Origin: Bugula neritina
Taxonomy: Eukaryota; Animalia; Bryozoa
Direction: 5' to 3'
Assembly: GCA_964035545.1 (NCBI GenBank)
Contig: OZ037766.1
Coordinates: 14,312,722-14,376,721 of the forward strand
Length of the DNA: 64,000 bases
Positions within the stretch are counted from its first letter, which is position 1; each line of letters begins with the position of its first letter. Below the pieces are notes generated by a model, which was not told the origin of the DNA, searched no databases, and saw nothing but the letters and a program-made list of their open reading frames with translations. Position numbers and translations under genes: made by a program. Below are positions 12,189 to 28,489 of the stretch, one piece after another.

Positions 12189-13282
12189 TTTGCTTTTTTC
12201 TTTTCAGAAATGAAAATTCCGTCCTTTGCAGCTAAAGAGCAATAAGGTCGCCTAACAAATAAAGCTCTTTCGTAATCGAGTAGTATCAAAGTAAGACAAC
12301 TCTGCGCTCCTAGAGCGCTTTCGCATAATAGTAAATTAATAATAATAGTAAGTAACAATATTATTATACAAACATAATATGCAAATTATAACACGCAATA
12401 TAACATAAAGCAATATACTGCTAAGTATAATTTTTAAATGTCCCATTAAGTATTAATTTCAGTATAGCTATAGTCTTTTACAAATAAAATGAAAAAACTC
12501 CCAATTGCGAAGACCTAGCTATATTTCCTGTAATTATTAATAAAGCAACAAATCAGTTTTATCCAACTCTAAGCATGCAAATATTATAAATTAATGTTGT
12601 TTATTTAAGAAAAATTAGACAAGAACATAACAAATACTTGACTGTGTTAAATGAGGACCGCATGCATGTAACTAGCTGTGACATTAGAAAGAAGACTAAT
12701 GTTATTTGCCAAGTAACCTGCATGAGAAATACAACATTACACTTTATATTTTCATAAATAGTTACTCATATATAATAATATGTGTTTCCTTCGTCACAAT
12801 ATTGCATTGTGATGCAGCATCATGCATTATTGATTTATATAACTGTAAAAATGCTGTTTTTATAGCCTATTAAGTGTTGTTTTGTAGTTTTGCAGTTTTA
12901 TAACATTAATGCTATCTAAAGTGAGTTAGCATTAGGAGTTTGTAGAATCAAATACTGTACAAGACTGTAAACAAGAAAACAGTTGGTTTATAAAATGCTT
13001 TCAAAAGTATCAAAATTTCACAAAACCTATTTGTGCTTGATGCTGTGAAGATAATCTCATTACAATTAGCACTGCATAGCGTACAAACTTTCCTTATAAC
13101 GGACAGTATTAATCCAATCTTAATTTGATTATGGGTATAATTTTGTATTCATAAAAGTGATACTAACTGTAATAGCAACTATACTTTATCCGAAATACTT
13201 TTACAAAAACTATAATAAAAATACTATGTATAATAACTAGCTGGTTAGAAATGTCTAGTTGATCAGCTTTGAAGAAAGCATG

Positions 13283-13385
<103 letters not shown>

Positions 13386-13505
13386 ATTGTATCGTGAGAT
13401 TTTTTAAAAAAACAGCGATAAAAGAGTGCTCAAATTATTATGTGTATAATAATGAGCAGTTATATTATTGAGGAAAAGAGCAATTTAATTATATAGATGT
13501 TGTTT

Positions 13506-13556
13506 TATTGTACTACTAATAGTTTCATGCCTCTTCGGCACTCCTCAGGCACAATA
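13506..13556 (-). ncRNA. Type I hammerhead ribozyme (left copy)
   Basis: Reverse complement of 15418-15468. Confidence 0.8.
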
Positions 13557-13804
13557 TTGACAAATTTAAATTTTTACATTAAGAAAATCAAAATGCTAAA
13601 CACAAGGTAAAACGTAACGAAAACATAGCAGTGGCTGTATTGTTATATAGGTTTGTAGGTGTAAATTAATATATAAAAACCATAATGTAATGTAAAAACA
13701 TAATTTATAGCAGATGCATGAAGTTTTTGTTGGGTGACTATTCTCTATGGGTATTTGTATATTATTTACTATAGTACTTAAAATATAAATAGGCTACAGA
13801 GTTT

Positions 13805-14590
13805 CTAGGTTTTGTGGTTGCACAGTAAGAATTTTTTTGAGTGTCGGCAGGTTGATAAGAGTTCGTTTCGCTTGTTTAAAGTACACATGTTAGGTTTGTA
13901 TAAAATAAAGAAACATTCCCATAGGCATAAATTACACCTTTTGGTAGTTGTGTTGTATGGTTTCGCTTTTCTTAATATTTTCCAGCTTATGTTGTGCTTA
14001 ATGTTTTTGTTAGTTAGTTGCCAAATGTGTTTGCTAAGTTCTGTTTGATTTGCTTTCTCCTTGTTTTTAAATGATGATCTGTGGTTGGCGTATCTTAGTT
14101 TGAACGGTCCTTCACTTAGGCCAATGTATGTTGCAGGCTCGTTTTCGGTAGTTTCCACAGTTGCTTGGTATATAACTCTGCTCTCCTGGCAGCTTCCTTT
14201 CAGCGGACAACTTTCTTTTTCTCTACAGTTGCAGTTTTTTCTGGGGGTTTTGTTTTGTTGCTTCTGTTTCTCTAATAGTCTGTTATTGTGGGCATTTATG
14301 GTCTGTTTTATGTTTGGCATGCAGCTGTAGCTAACCTTTATAGTGTTTTTGTTGATTATTTTATAGAGTGGGTGTTGTTTTGGAAATTGCTCATTCATGA
14401 TTTTAAAGAAGATTTTTGCAATTCTTGTGGTTACATGTTGGCTGTATGGTGGATTGTACCAAACAACTTTTCTTTTTCGGTTTCGAGATTTCTGTTGTGT
14501 TTTGTTTGTTTGGGTTCTTGGTAGGAATTGTAGTTGGTGTTTGTAGCCACTCTGGTTTAGGAGGTTTTGGTGGTTGTAGGTGGATTGTGT
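13805..14590 (-). pseudogene. PLE ORF C-terminal fragment (linker plus GIY-YIG endonuclease), left copy
   Basis: WYNPPYS, SYSCMPN, CNCxxxxxCPLxGxC, VIYQA...YIGLSE...KLRYANH, KRCNLCLWE; RT core absent. Confidence 0.82.
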
Positions 14591-14592
14591 GA

Positions 14593-15169
14593 AAAACAAC
14601 ACCCACTCTATAAAATAATCAACAAAAACACTATAAAGGTTAGCTACAGCTGCATGCCAAACATAAAACAGACCATAAATGCCCACAATAACAGACTATT
14701 AGAGAAACAGAAGCAACAAAACAAAACCCCCAGAAAAAACTGCAACTGTAGAGAAAAAGAAAGTTGTCCGCTGAAAGGAAGCTGCCAGGAGAGCAGAGTT
14801 ATATACCAAGCAACTGTGGAAACTACCGAAAACGAGCCTGCAACATACATTGGCCTAAGTGAAGGACCGTTCAAACTAAGATACGCCAACCACAGATCAT
14901 CATTTAAAAACAAGGAGAAAGCAAATCAAACAGAACTTAGCAAACACATTTGGCAACTAACTAACAAAAACATTAAGCACAACATAAGCTGGAAAATATT
15001 AAGAAAAGCGAAACCATACAACACAACTACCAAAAGGTGTAATTTATGCCTATGGGAATGTTTCTTTATTTTATACAAACCTAACATGTGTACTTTAAAC
15101 AAGCGAAACGAACTCTTATCAACCTGCCGACACTCAAAAAAATTCTTACTGTGCAACCACAAAACCTAG
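14593..15169 (+). pseudogene. PLE GIY-YIG endonuclease fragment, right copy
   Basis: Same peptide as the left copy from KQHPLYK to the stop; ~210 bp more truncated. Confidence 0.82.
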
Positions 15170-15417
15170 AAACTCTGTAGCCTATTTATATTTTAAGTAC
15201 TATAGTAAATAATATACAAATACCCATAGAGAATAGTCACCCAACAAAAACTTCATGCATCTGCTATAAATTATGTTTTTACATTACATTATGGTTTTTA
15301 TATATTAATTTACACCTACAAACCTATATAACAATACAGCCACTGCTATGTTTTCGTTACGTTTTACCTTGTGTTTAGCATTTTGATTTTCTTAATGTAA
15401 AAATTTAAATTTGTCAA

Positions 15418-15468
15418 TATTGTGCCTGAGGAGTGCCGAAGAGGCATGAAACTATTAGTAGTACAATA
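15418..15468 (+). ncRNA. Type I hammerhead ribozyme (right copy)
   Basis: Stem I TATTGTGC/GTACAATA, core CTGAGGA, stem II GTGCC-GAAGA-GGCAT, GAAA, short stem III ACT-ATT-AGT, GUA triplet with predicted cleavage after 15460. Confidence 0.8.
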
Positions 15469-15503
15469 AAACAACATCTATATAATTAAATTGCTCTTTT
15501 CCT

Positions 15504-15689
<186 letters not shown>

Positions 15690-16439
15690 CAATAAAATAC
15701 AATTTTATATAAATAACAGAAGTAGTTACAGCTTTAGGTAAGATTAAAGCAGCCTTTGAATTATGGAACTCTTTGCAAAAAATTGTGCGTTGTAAAACTC
15801 ACTTTAGTAAAAAAATATAAAATGTAAATGAATATTCAAAAAAGAAAGGTAATAATTTTATCATATAGAGCAAAATATTATTATGTTGCTAATTTAATAC
15901 ATAAAGTTTGCTTGTCTTGACTCATCACAGCATACAAAACAAAAAAGCTAAAGCAAAAACTATAAAGTGCATTGAAGTTTTCTATCAATAGTGTTATTTC
16001 TCACAGCTTAAGCGATAGGCTCCCTCACAAGTTTGTATATCAAATGAAAAGGCCTATCTTGTTTATTTACTTGTTTTTACCAAAAACCTTATAAGAAAAA
16101 AACTTTAAATAATCAGATTGCATTTCTTACACGAGGCAATAAAAATGAAAGTAGAATAAAAAGCTAGTGTTTGTAGTTTACTCAAAAATCTATTCTGAGC
16201 TTGTTGGAGATGGCATATAGCTTATAAATCTATAAAAACAATTCAACAGTTAAATGATCAGTTGAGATGCATTAATTATTTTTCCCACTTTGTGTAGCAT
16301 TGTAGAAACTACTTTTGGCTGAAAAGGCTTATTAGTTATTATATCATTTGAAACAAAATCATGCAGTCAATCGCAAAATGCTTAGCTTGCTTTACAGTTC
16401 ATCAAATTTGTTTATTGGGTATTACCTGGAAAAAATCTC

Positions 16440-20261
<3,822 letters not shown>

Positions 20262-20620
20262 GGTTGCAGTACAGGAAACCACGTACTACTTTAGATACTG
20301 CTTCTTTACAAAAACACGTACGATGTGTATGTGTATGCCGTTAGATGACTAAATGTGTAAGTTATGTAGCTATACTAGGCTGTAAAAGGTGGAAACCAAT
20401 GCACCTAAATAAGAATGGTCTGCAAATGTTATTTTGGCCATCATAACAAAGAAGCTATTTGATGTATGAAAGTACTGGTAACTTCGAATATCTGCGAATC
20501 CTACTCATTGGCAAAAAATTGGTTATTTACCCTAATGGCTGTAAATATTTTGTAGCTCAACCTTTCGTGTTTGCTGCAAGTAATTGAGTGTGTGTGTGTA
20601 TATATGTGTGTATATGTGTA

Positions 20621-21938
20621 GGGGTAACGGGGGCACAACGGGCCGAATTTTGCATTTGTTGCTCTCATTCGTCTGTTTTTCAAGTTACTAGTTCAATAAT
20701 CTCTAGTCTTAATGCTACATCTGTTGTCTATTACAGGTACCAGTTTGTTGTTTCTATCTTTTTCACAACTTTCAGAATGATGAAATTTTCATGACGAAAA
20801 AATTGGCCCATTGTGCCCCGGTACCGGGGTACAATGGGCCGCTGGGTGGGACACAACAAATATATTGAAATTTTGCGTATTTTGTTATATCTGATCTTTA
20901 TTTATTTAATATTACAAATAAATAAAGATATTCTTTCAGATCTACAACAAAATTCACGTTTTAGCTGTACAGTTTGTGCCACTACAGATAGCAGAGGAAG
21001 GCAAAATCAAACGCACGTCACTCGGTTCTGCAGTGCCATTACCATTACTGTTTAAAACTAAAAATGTTTTGTTATTTTCACTTCAGAAGAAAGTTTATTA
21101 AAAAAAACTTTACTAAAATGTACTACAAAATTCTGAGTGAACTTTTTTCAATGAACTGTAGCTAAGGTGCATGCATGGCTGAGGTTTGTGACTGGAGTAC
21201 AGAAGGGAGAGGGGGGAGCAAATGAGCGAATCACAATTTATTTCAGTCAAATGCATGTATATTCCCTCAATGGTGTAATATATAATGATTATCATGACTA
21301 TCTACTAGTAGCAACAGCAGAGTGTTTTGTATTATGTATAAAATGGCAAAGCTTTAATCTCCCCAGATGTATGTATTGGGGGAGTTTCAACTTGTAGTTT
21401 TGTAGTCTTACCATGATGTCTTTGATATTTTACAAAAAGGTCAAAAATGGCTATATTTATAGATTTTAGTAACATTTCAACCAACTTTTTGGGCAAACAA
21501 ACTAATAACAGTGATCAGGGTGCAATAATCAGGTGGCCCATTGTACCCCGGTCAGCGTGGCCCATTGTGCCCCGTGTGGCCAAATTGAAAATAAATGTGC
21601 CTCAAGGAAAATTTATTTCAGTGTTTGCTGTTATACTAGTTGAGCATTGTAGAGACAAGCAATGGCAACAATATTAGTAAAATCTGGGCTTCTTGCCTTT
21701 GAGTGTAAAAAGTTATAAGGCTTCAACGACATGCTAAAAAATTTACAAAAAGTAGGTAAAAACAGTTTTTTACTCGCCTTTTCAACACGTATGTTCCGCA
21801 AGTGTTGAAACTACAAAGGCTGAATAATTATGTCAATATCTTTTCATGAAAAAAAAAATCACAACTCTAAGTCAATAAGTTCTCTCACAATTTGGCCGGC
21901 TTTTTGTACCCCTATGACCGTTGTGCCCCCGTTACCCC
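20621..21938. mobile_element. Non-autonomous TIR DNA transposon, TA-flanked (Tc1/mariner-pogo-like)
   Basis: Perfect 21-bp TIR GGGGTAACGGGGGCACAACGG (20621-20641 / 21918-21938), TA on both sides, internal GGCCCATTGTRCCCCG repeats, no transposase ORF. Superfamily is inferred. Confidence 0.85.
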
Positions 21939-22028
21939 TATATATGTGTGTATATGTGTGTGTATATATGTGTATATATGTGTGTATATGTGTGTATATG
22001 TGTATATATGTGTGTATATGTGTATATA

Positions 22029-22104
<76 letters not shown>
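21939..22104. repeat. (TATG/TG/TA)n compound microsatellite
   Basis: Continues the TG/TA tract at 20588-20620 on the other side of the TIR element. Confidence 0.9.
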
Positions 22105-22105
<1 letters not shown>

Positions 22106-23292
22106 CTATTTTATATTATATTATACACTACTTCCACACCACTAAGGCCAGTGAGTTAAAGCTAGCTGTAATACCTGGACAGCACATTTTTTATAAATGG
22201 AAAACTTCTATACAATATAAAACGAATTGCTATCAGTTATGAGTGCAGAGTTATCTTTAGAAAATTGCATGGCAATCTACTGCATGGAATTTTACTAGCA
22301 TCAGTTGAGGACATGCACTGCATTCCTATTACTGTAATAGGATACCTATTACAGTAAGTAAAATATACATTCTGTTTATAACATATTATGTTGGCGAATT
22401 CACCAATAGAAAATATTTACACTACGTTTTAAAATTTATTGAAATTGCATTACATTTGCACGACACAATGTTAAAAAGAAAACACAGTGCAGACACTAAC
22501 AACTAAAAAACCAGTGTACACAGAATCACTCAAAAGAGTGCACTTAACAAACATATAGGAACTTTTAGAAAAAAATCCAATTCTATAAAAAACGCAGAAA
22601 ATTTTCAGTGTAAGGTCACTATAGAAAATCCATATAAAACTAAGAAAAATCAGGCATACTTCTACTATTTCCTTAAACCTGGGTATAAAATATAATTTTT
22701 CCATTAAATTAATATTTAACAGCTATAAACAAATTGATGACAATTATTGCATGAAAATAGTGAAAAATTGAGCATGTATGGATTCATTGAAATATGAAGA
22801 ATAAAAATGTACAACATATGGGCCTAAAAATAATTCTTCTACTATGTGTTAGAAGCAGAGACGAAAAATATGAAAACTACATAGTAACTAAATTAGTAGA
22901 AAACAGGCTACTAATGTCATTATTTCTAGCCTGGATTCAACTAAAAAGATGTTCATAATGCTGATGCAGCTTACACAATAATGTTTGTTATAATATAAAT
23001 TTAAAATTTTCTAGTGAGAAAAAGTATAAAAACTTTTCACATTTGCATTTAATTTGAAATCCAAAAATCGATTGAGTTAAAAAAGGAAGCTACAGTTGCC
23101 TGACAGTTCAGTAAGCAAATAATATAAGAAAACCAATTACATTTAGAGCAAAGATAGAATATCATCATAAAATAAAATTGAATAAATTAAAAGTGAAATG
23201 ATTAAAACTTTAGGAATAGGAAACTTTTTACTTTTAATAACAATAAAAACACTAGGTAGGCTTGAAACAATGACAAGAAATTAACTATGGTT

Positions 23293-24267
23293 CTAGTTAA
23301 ACTTAGAATACGACTTAAAAGTATTCAGCTTTGCTTCACGGCGCGCCATCTTGATACCAAAATAGAAAATAGTTACAATATTAATCAAAAGCAACATAAG
23401 AAGAAGCACAAGAGGGGAAACTGAAACATTGGCTATATCCATTGGTGGTCTAACTGCTTTATCTACCAAAATTCCCTGTAGATGATGAAAAGTTCCAACA
23501 ACAACTATAACATGAAAAAGAGAGTGGCTGTGAAAAAATATATCAAAATGGCCAGGGAAAAAAGCTTCAGGTATGTGTCCACCATAAAAAGAGACTGTAA
23601 ATATTGTGTCAAAGAAATGCTTGGCATAATAGGATGCACCTTCACAAGAATTATCTTCTACACAGTACAAGACTCTGTAAATACATGGAAGCATACCGTA
23701 GAGATAAGGCATGCTGAAGGCCGCTAATCGTAACAAAGTCATTGACCTAGTTCTAGGAAGAAACCGAGTATGACAAGCGACAACAACAGTAAGCACACAA
23801 TTGAGAAACATGCCTTGCAAGTAGTGGGCCTCAAATAGCCCACCCCGCCATAGTTTGGGAAGAGCATAAATCTTGTTAACTGTGCATGCACCAAATGCAT
23901 AGAGACTGATTGATGCATAATCAATGAAAAAGCAAATATGCCTAATGACTGGAGACATAGACATGAAGAGATGGGCCAAAGCAGATCCTAGAGGAAAAAG
24001 ACAGCATGTTATTAGTATGCAAAGAATAGATTGGTTTTCAGGTAGCCACAGATCTAATGGTTGAGTTAGGGAATAATACACATAGAACCCAAAAGACATT
24101 AAATGAGTCCATACATTAAACGTTTCATTGTGTAACGTGAATAACGAGCGGAAACAGGAAAGAAAAGAGAGGTTCTGGCGTCTGTAACCTTTACGAATAC
24201 CAATTTCCCTCAGTTCTTGTGGTACATCTTTTTCATCCAGTGTGTCCTCATATATGCATAAAACCAT
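23293..24267 (-). CDS. PAQR-family membrane protein (membrane progestin receptor-like), single coding exon, ~324 aa
   Basis: GYR, HNETFNVWTHL, SALAHLF, FIDYASI, IPEAFFPGHFDIFFHSHSLFHV are PAQR/hemolysin-III motifs; ATG 24267 follows a likely acceptor (TTTGTAG). Paralogue not resolved. Confidence 0.9.
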   Translation of the reverse strand: MVLCIYEDTLDEKDVPQELREIGIRKGYRRQNLSFLSCFRSLFTLHNETFNVWTHLMSFGFYVYYSLTQPLDLWLPENQSILCILITCCLFPLGSALAHLFMSMSPVIRHICFFIDYASISLYAFGACTVNKIYALPKLWRGGLFEAHYLQGMFLNCVLTVVVACHTRFLPRTRSMTLLRLAAFSMPYLYGMLPCIYRVLYCVEDNSCEGASYYAKHFFDTIFTVSFYGGHIPEAFFPGHFDIFFHSHSLFHVIVVVGTFHHLQGILVDKAVRPPMDIANVSVSPLVLLLMLLLINIVTIFYFGIKMARREAKLNTFKSYSKFN

Positions 24268-27200
24268 TTTCAAACTACAAACATACAGCAAATCAATATC
24301 AATCATGAATTTTGAAAAGACACTACTCAATTTTACCAGTATCCAGCTCACACACATTAGTCATATACCATATTTCTATTGAGACTGGAAATAAACAAAC
24401 CTGTCTAGTTGACCTTCTTTTGCTGATTAAGATCACTGTGTATTGTCCATATTAGCTGCAACTGTACCAAAATCTCTATGATTAAGATTGTAGTATATGA
24501 GCATATGAGAATGCAGTTGCTGTAGCAGAGCAGTAAAGTAGGTTGATCTGTTAGGTCACTTGTTGGTAGCACACACTAATGGAAACATACTACAAGATAC
24601 AGTTCAGAGAATTGATTGGTTAAAAAATGAATCCCCAACAGAATTATATGAAAAGATGTCAAAACATATATCTAAGCAACACAAACAAAAGAACACATGC
24701 ACAGCACATTTTATGATATAGTATCATAAACAGGTTTGATCAATTATTAAAAGTCCTTACAAAATAGTTTATAGAACAAAAAGTAACTGATTCAGTACTT
24801 CAAGGAGTAATGTCACAGTTGCAAAATCTAAAACGCAATGCAAAACTAGAACCAGTGTTGTGAGTTTGTCAGCAAAAAATATATTTTACTTGAACTCACA
24901 ATGTATCTGTACATGTGTTTGGTGCAGCAGTTGAGCTTACAAAAAATACAATATATATTTATTAGGTAGCTAGGAAACTCAAAATTATTACCTCACTGCA
25001 ATAAGACTTGTATATCATATATTTTCATTTCTGAAAATATTGTACAACTTATAAGACAATTAAATTCAATTCCTATTGACTCCCAGCCTGGTCATATGGC
25101 AATATTTATGAGCTAATGTGATTGAATAGCCAACTAGCTGAACTAATTTCAAGTTACATCAATAGTTTTAGTGATTTTTTACTGGAAAGGGGACTATATC
25201 TTAAATAAATTTGACTGACATAATTTAACTTAAAGGTTTTGAGATGGAATTGTGAAAGCTATGCAAGTTGGAATCTAATACCTTTATGATTAATTTTCAT
25301 ACTTATGCTTTATATAAATCGGCGACATTATTTTGACAAACTATTAAACACCAGGAATAGGTTGAGTGAAATTCACGGAAGGTAAGGACAGATAAAACAG
25401 GTAACCTTGCAAAAGATTAGGCAACAACATATGGCTAACATAATTGATGAGAGCATTGAAGCAGACAGGAATAAAATGAATTCCATCAATGCTAGCAAAG
25501 TTCAAAAAGAAACATCAAACATATGGAGAAAGATTACAAATAATACTAATTTTTAAATTTATAAAAGAAGAATGAAAAATAAACTTAAACAGTTTGAGTT
25601 TGAGTTACGCTCATTATGATTAATCATGAATGACTAACCAGTAACTACATCTAAAACTATCAGTATCACTAAGGATTAAACCTAAAGTGAAAGTACAAAA
25701 TTATATAAATAACTTTATTATTAATATTATAATTGCTGTGATAATCATAATAATAAACTATAAAACATTATGATTATCAATATCATCATGAATATAATAA
25801 TCTTAATAATAAATTACAATTATTATTAAATATAACACTAACAGTAATGCTAATAGTCATAGTGTAACTTTAATACTAATAGTAATAGTAATAAAACATG
25901 AACAAATGCCAATGGTAATACTAATACTAATAGTAATACTAATACTAATTATAATAGTAATACTAATACTAATACTAATAGTAATACAATAACTAGCTAT
26001 ATCAATTATCAATACTAAAATTAAAACTCAATAATAATTTAATGTAGTATAATATCAATATCAATATGCAATACTACACAGTCACAAGTACAAGTTTTAC
26101 TTTTGAGGGTTCAATTATAGACATGAATTTGAAGAGATAGTAAATCAGTTGCATAACAGTTGCTAGTAACAGTACCAAGTCGGGGGTGACTAGTTTCAGA
26201 ATTTCTACGGACATCGTTGTATAAACTCCAAACTCACAAACTTGAGACGCATAAACATATGCACTCAGTGACTACTAACATGGTGCTGCTCTTAGCATCT
26301 TGGTTCATAGCAGTGAACTGGAAAATATTTCTTGTTCAGTAGTTCGTATCAATGAACTCAATAATTCCAGCTCAGTGGTTCGTATAATATTATTCTGATT
26401 GTTTTTTAGTAAGTAATAGACTTGGTTCTGAATTAAATTAAATTAAATCTAAATTTGGTAGATTAAGATTCTCGAGTTTAGAATTAGGTCCCCCCAACCT
26501 CAAACTTCAGAACCCAAACTACTAGTACTACACACATTCACCCCCAACTGCGAGCTGCTTATAGAACGATTCAATTTAGAAGTAGGTTCTAGCCCAGCAA
26601 CATGAAAAAATCAAATTCGATGGAAAATCAAATATTGATATCAATATGAATGGTATTGAATGTATAGAACATTGAATGTCTCACTGATTCCGTCAACATT
26701 ATAATAATTGAAATTTTAATTAGATATGATTAGCAATGATAATAACTTATAATCATTATGATTAGACTTAGATTAGTCTTGCAGTTAGTTTTACTACTGG
26801 AGTACTACTAGTACTAGTACACTGTAGTGTACAGAGTACTAGTAGTAGACAGTAGTACTACTAGTACTCAACTACTAGTAGTAACACTAACTGTAAGACT
26901 GAGTAGTAGCCAGTAGTAGTAGTTAGTAGTTGCACTTACTACTAGTGATTAGTATTACTGACTGGTGACTGGCTACGTCTACTGAGTCTGATACTGATAG
27001 TGATCTCAATCTGATACGCATACTGTAACTGATACTGATAGTCAATGTCATACTCATAGTGATAGTGATTAGTATATTAGATAGTTAATTTTCATTTTAT
27101 ATAATAATAATAACAAAGTTTATTTACTTTTAGTTTATTATAAATATAATTAATAAATTTTGATTTAAAATTAATATAGTTGTAATTTATAGATGATAAA

Positions 27201-27389
27201 TATTAAATATAATATTAAACTTAAAGTTAATGACAATGAAAAAGACTCTTAATTTTATTTTTGTTTCATGTTATAGTTATACCTTTGAATACGTTTGAAA
27301 GCATAGAATTAAAACACTTGGAAACACTGAAGGTTATAGAAGTGCCTTATTTGTTTTACAGTGTGGGCTACAAGTTATGTGGTAATTGT

Positions 27390-28320
27390 TTTGGTTTTTC
27401 TTTTTTTTTATTTGTTATATGGGCCCTCTGGTGTCTTTGATGGTATACTTCTGAGTTTGCAAATATATAAATGTTAGCTCATCGCGAGCAGCAGACCTAG
27501 TTGTTATTGCCAACTTTTGGCCATCTCGTGTGATTTTATCTCATGCTATTGCCAATATTAAGTGTTGTTCTTCCCGCGAAATTTTTATAAGAAGGTTTAG
27601 TCGATGAGTCCTGCATCTCTGTTTGAGAATCTGAAGGCCAAGCTGAGAGCATGCCTCAGTGACATTTTCTCGTTCCTTTATCCCAGCAATATACCTGACC
27701 GCCCTCTGCTGTAGCATTACTAGATAGTCAATGTTTTTAGCTAATATTGGTCCCACACGGTATCTGCATAAATTCGAGGATGGGATGGCACAAATTAGTG
27801 TAAGCAAATAACTTATCTTCTCTAGGAGCCCCATGTAGGACGTGTTTAATTGTTCCCAGAGTTGTTTAGGCTTCATCCTTTTCAAGTGTAATATGCTGAT
27901 CAAATTTAAGGCTTGATTGCATTGCCACTCCAGGTATGTTGTTGTGTCTACCCAATTCATCTGTATTTCTCATAGCTGATTGCCAAAAGCTATGATTTTG
28001 CATTTACCTTGTCGTTAAAAGGCATTTTCCAATCAACTAACCATTTATGCGTGGCAATGATGTTGCCCTGAAATCTCAAAGCATCTTCCTTTGTGTCAAC
28101 AGCCTGATAAAGTAGTGTATCATTAACATAAAGGCTTACACTGCAGTTTAATTTTAGTGAGAGATCATTAATGTATATTAAAAATAGTGTTGGACTTAGG
28201 ACTGAACCTTGTGGAACCCCAGAGGTCACTTCTAATTCTAAGGAAAATTTTCCTTCAATAACTACTTTTTGTTTTCTATGTGTCACAAAATCTTGAATTC
28301 AGTTTACCGGTTGTGGATGT
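27390..28320 (-). mobile_element. Decayed LINE RT, 3' part (host of the nested LINE)
   Basis: SGVPQGSVLSPTLFLIYIND, YVND in place of YADD, QQRAVRYI; stops and frameshifts. Confidence 0.8.
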
Positions 28321-28489
28321 ATTTGTTTGTTTGTTTGTTTGTTTGTATTTTCATCAACTAGTAGTTTATGTCATAGGTTGAAAAATAGAAAAAAATAATC
28401 AGTGATGAGGGTCCATATGCACAATAGCGAAGCTAGTCGAGGTGCTGGACCCAGAGGTAGCAGCCAGCAGAGCCCGCATGACGCGGACC

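Noticed and set aside
12190-12700. Nrf1/CncC antioxidant-response element expected at a proteasome promoter
   Set aside because: No convincing TGAnnnnGC consensus found by eye.
14567-15169. Standalone GIY-YIG nuclease gene pair, homing or defence system
   Set aside because: Both are 5'-truncated Penelope-like ORF ends; predicted starts arise at the inversion junction.
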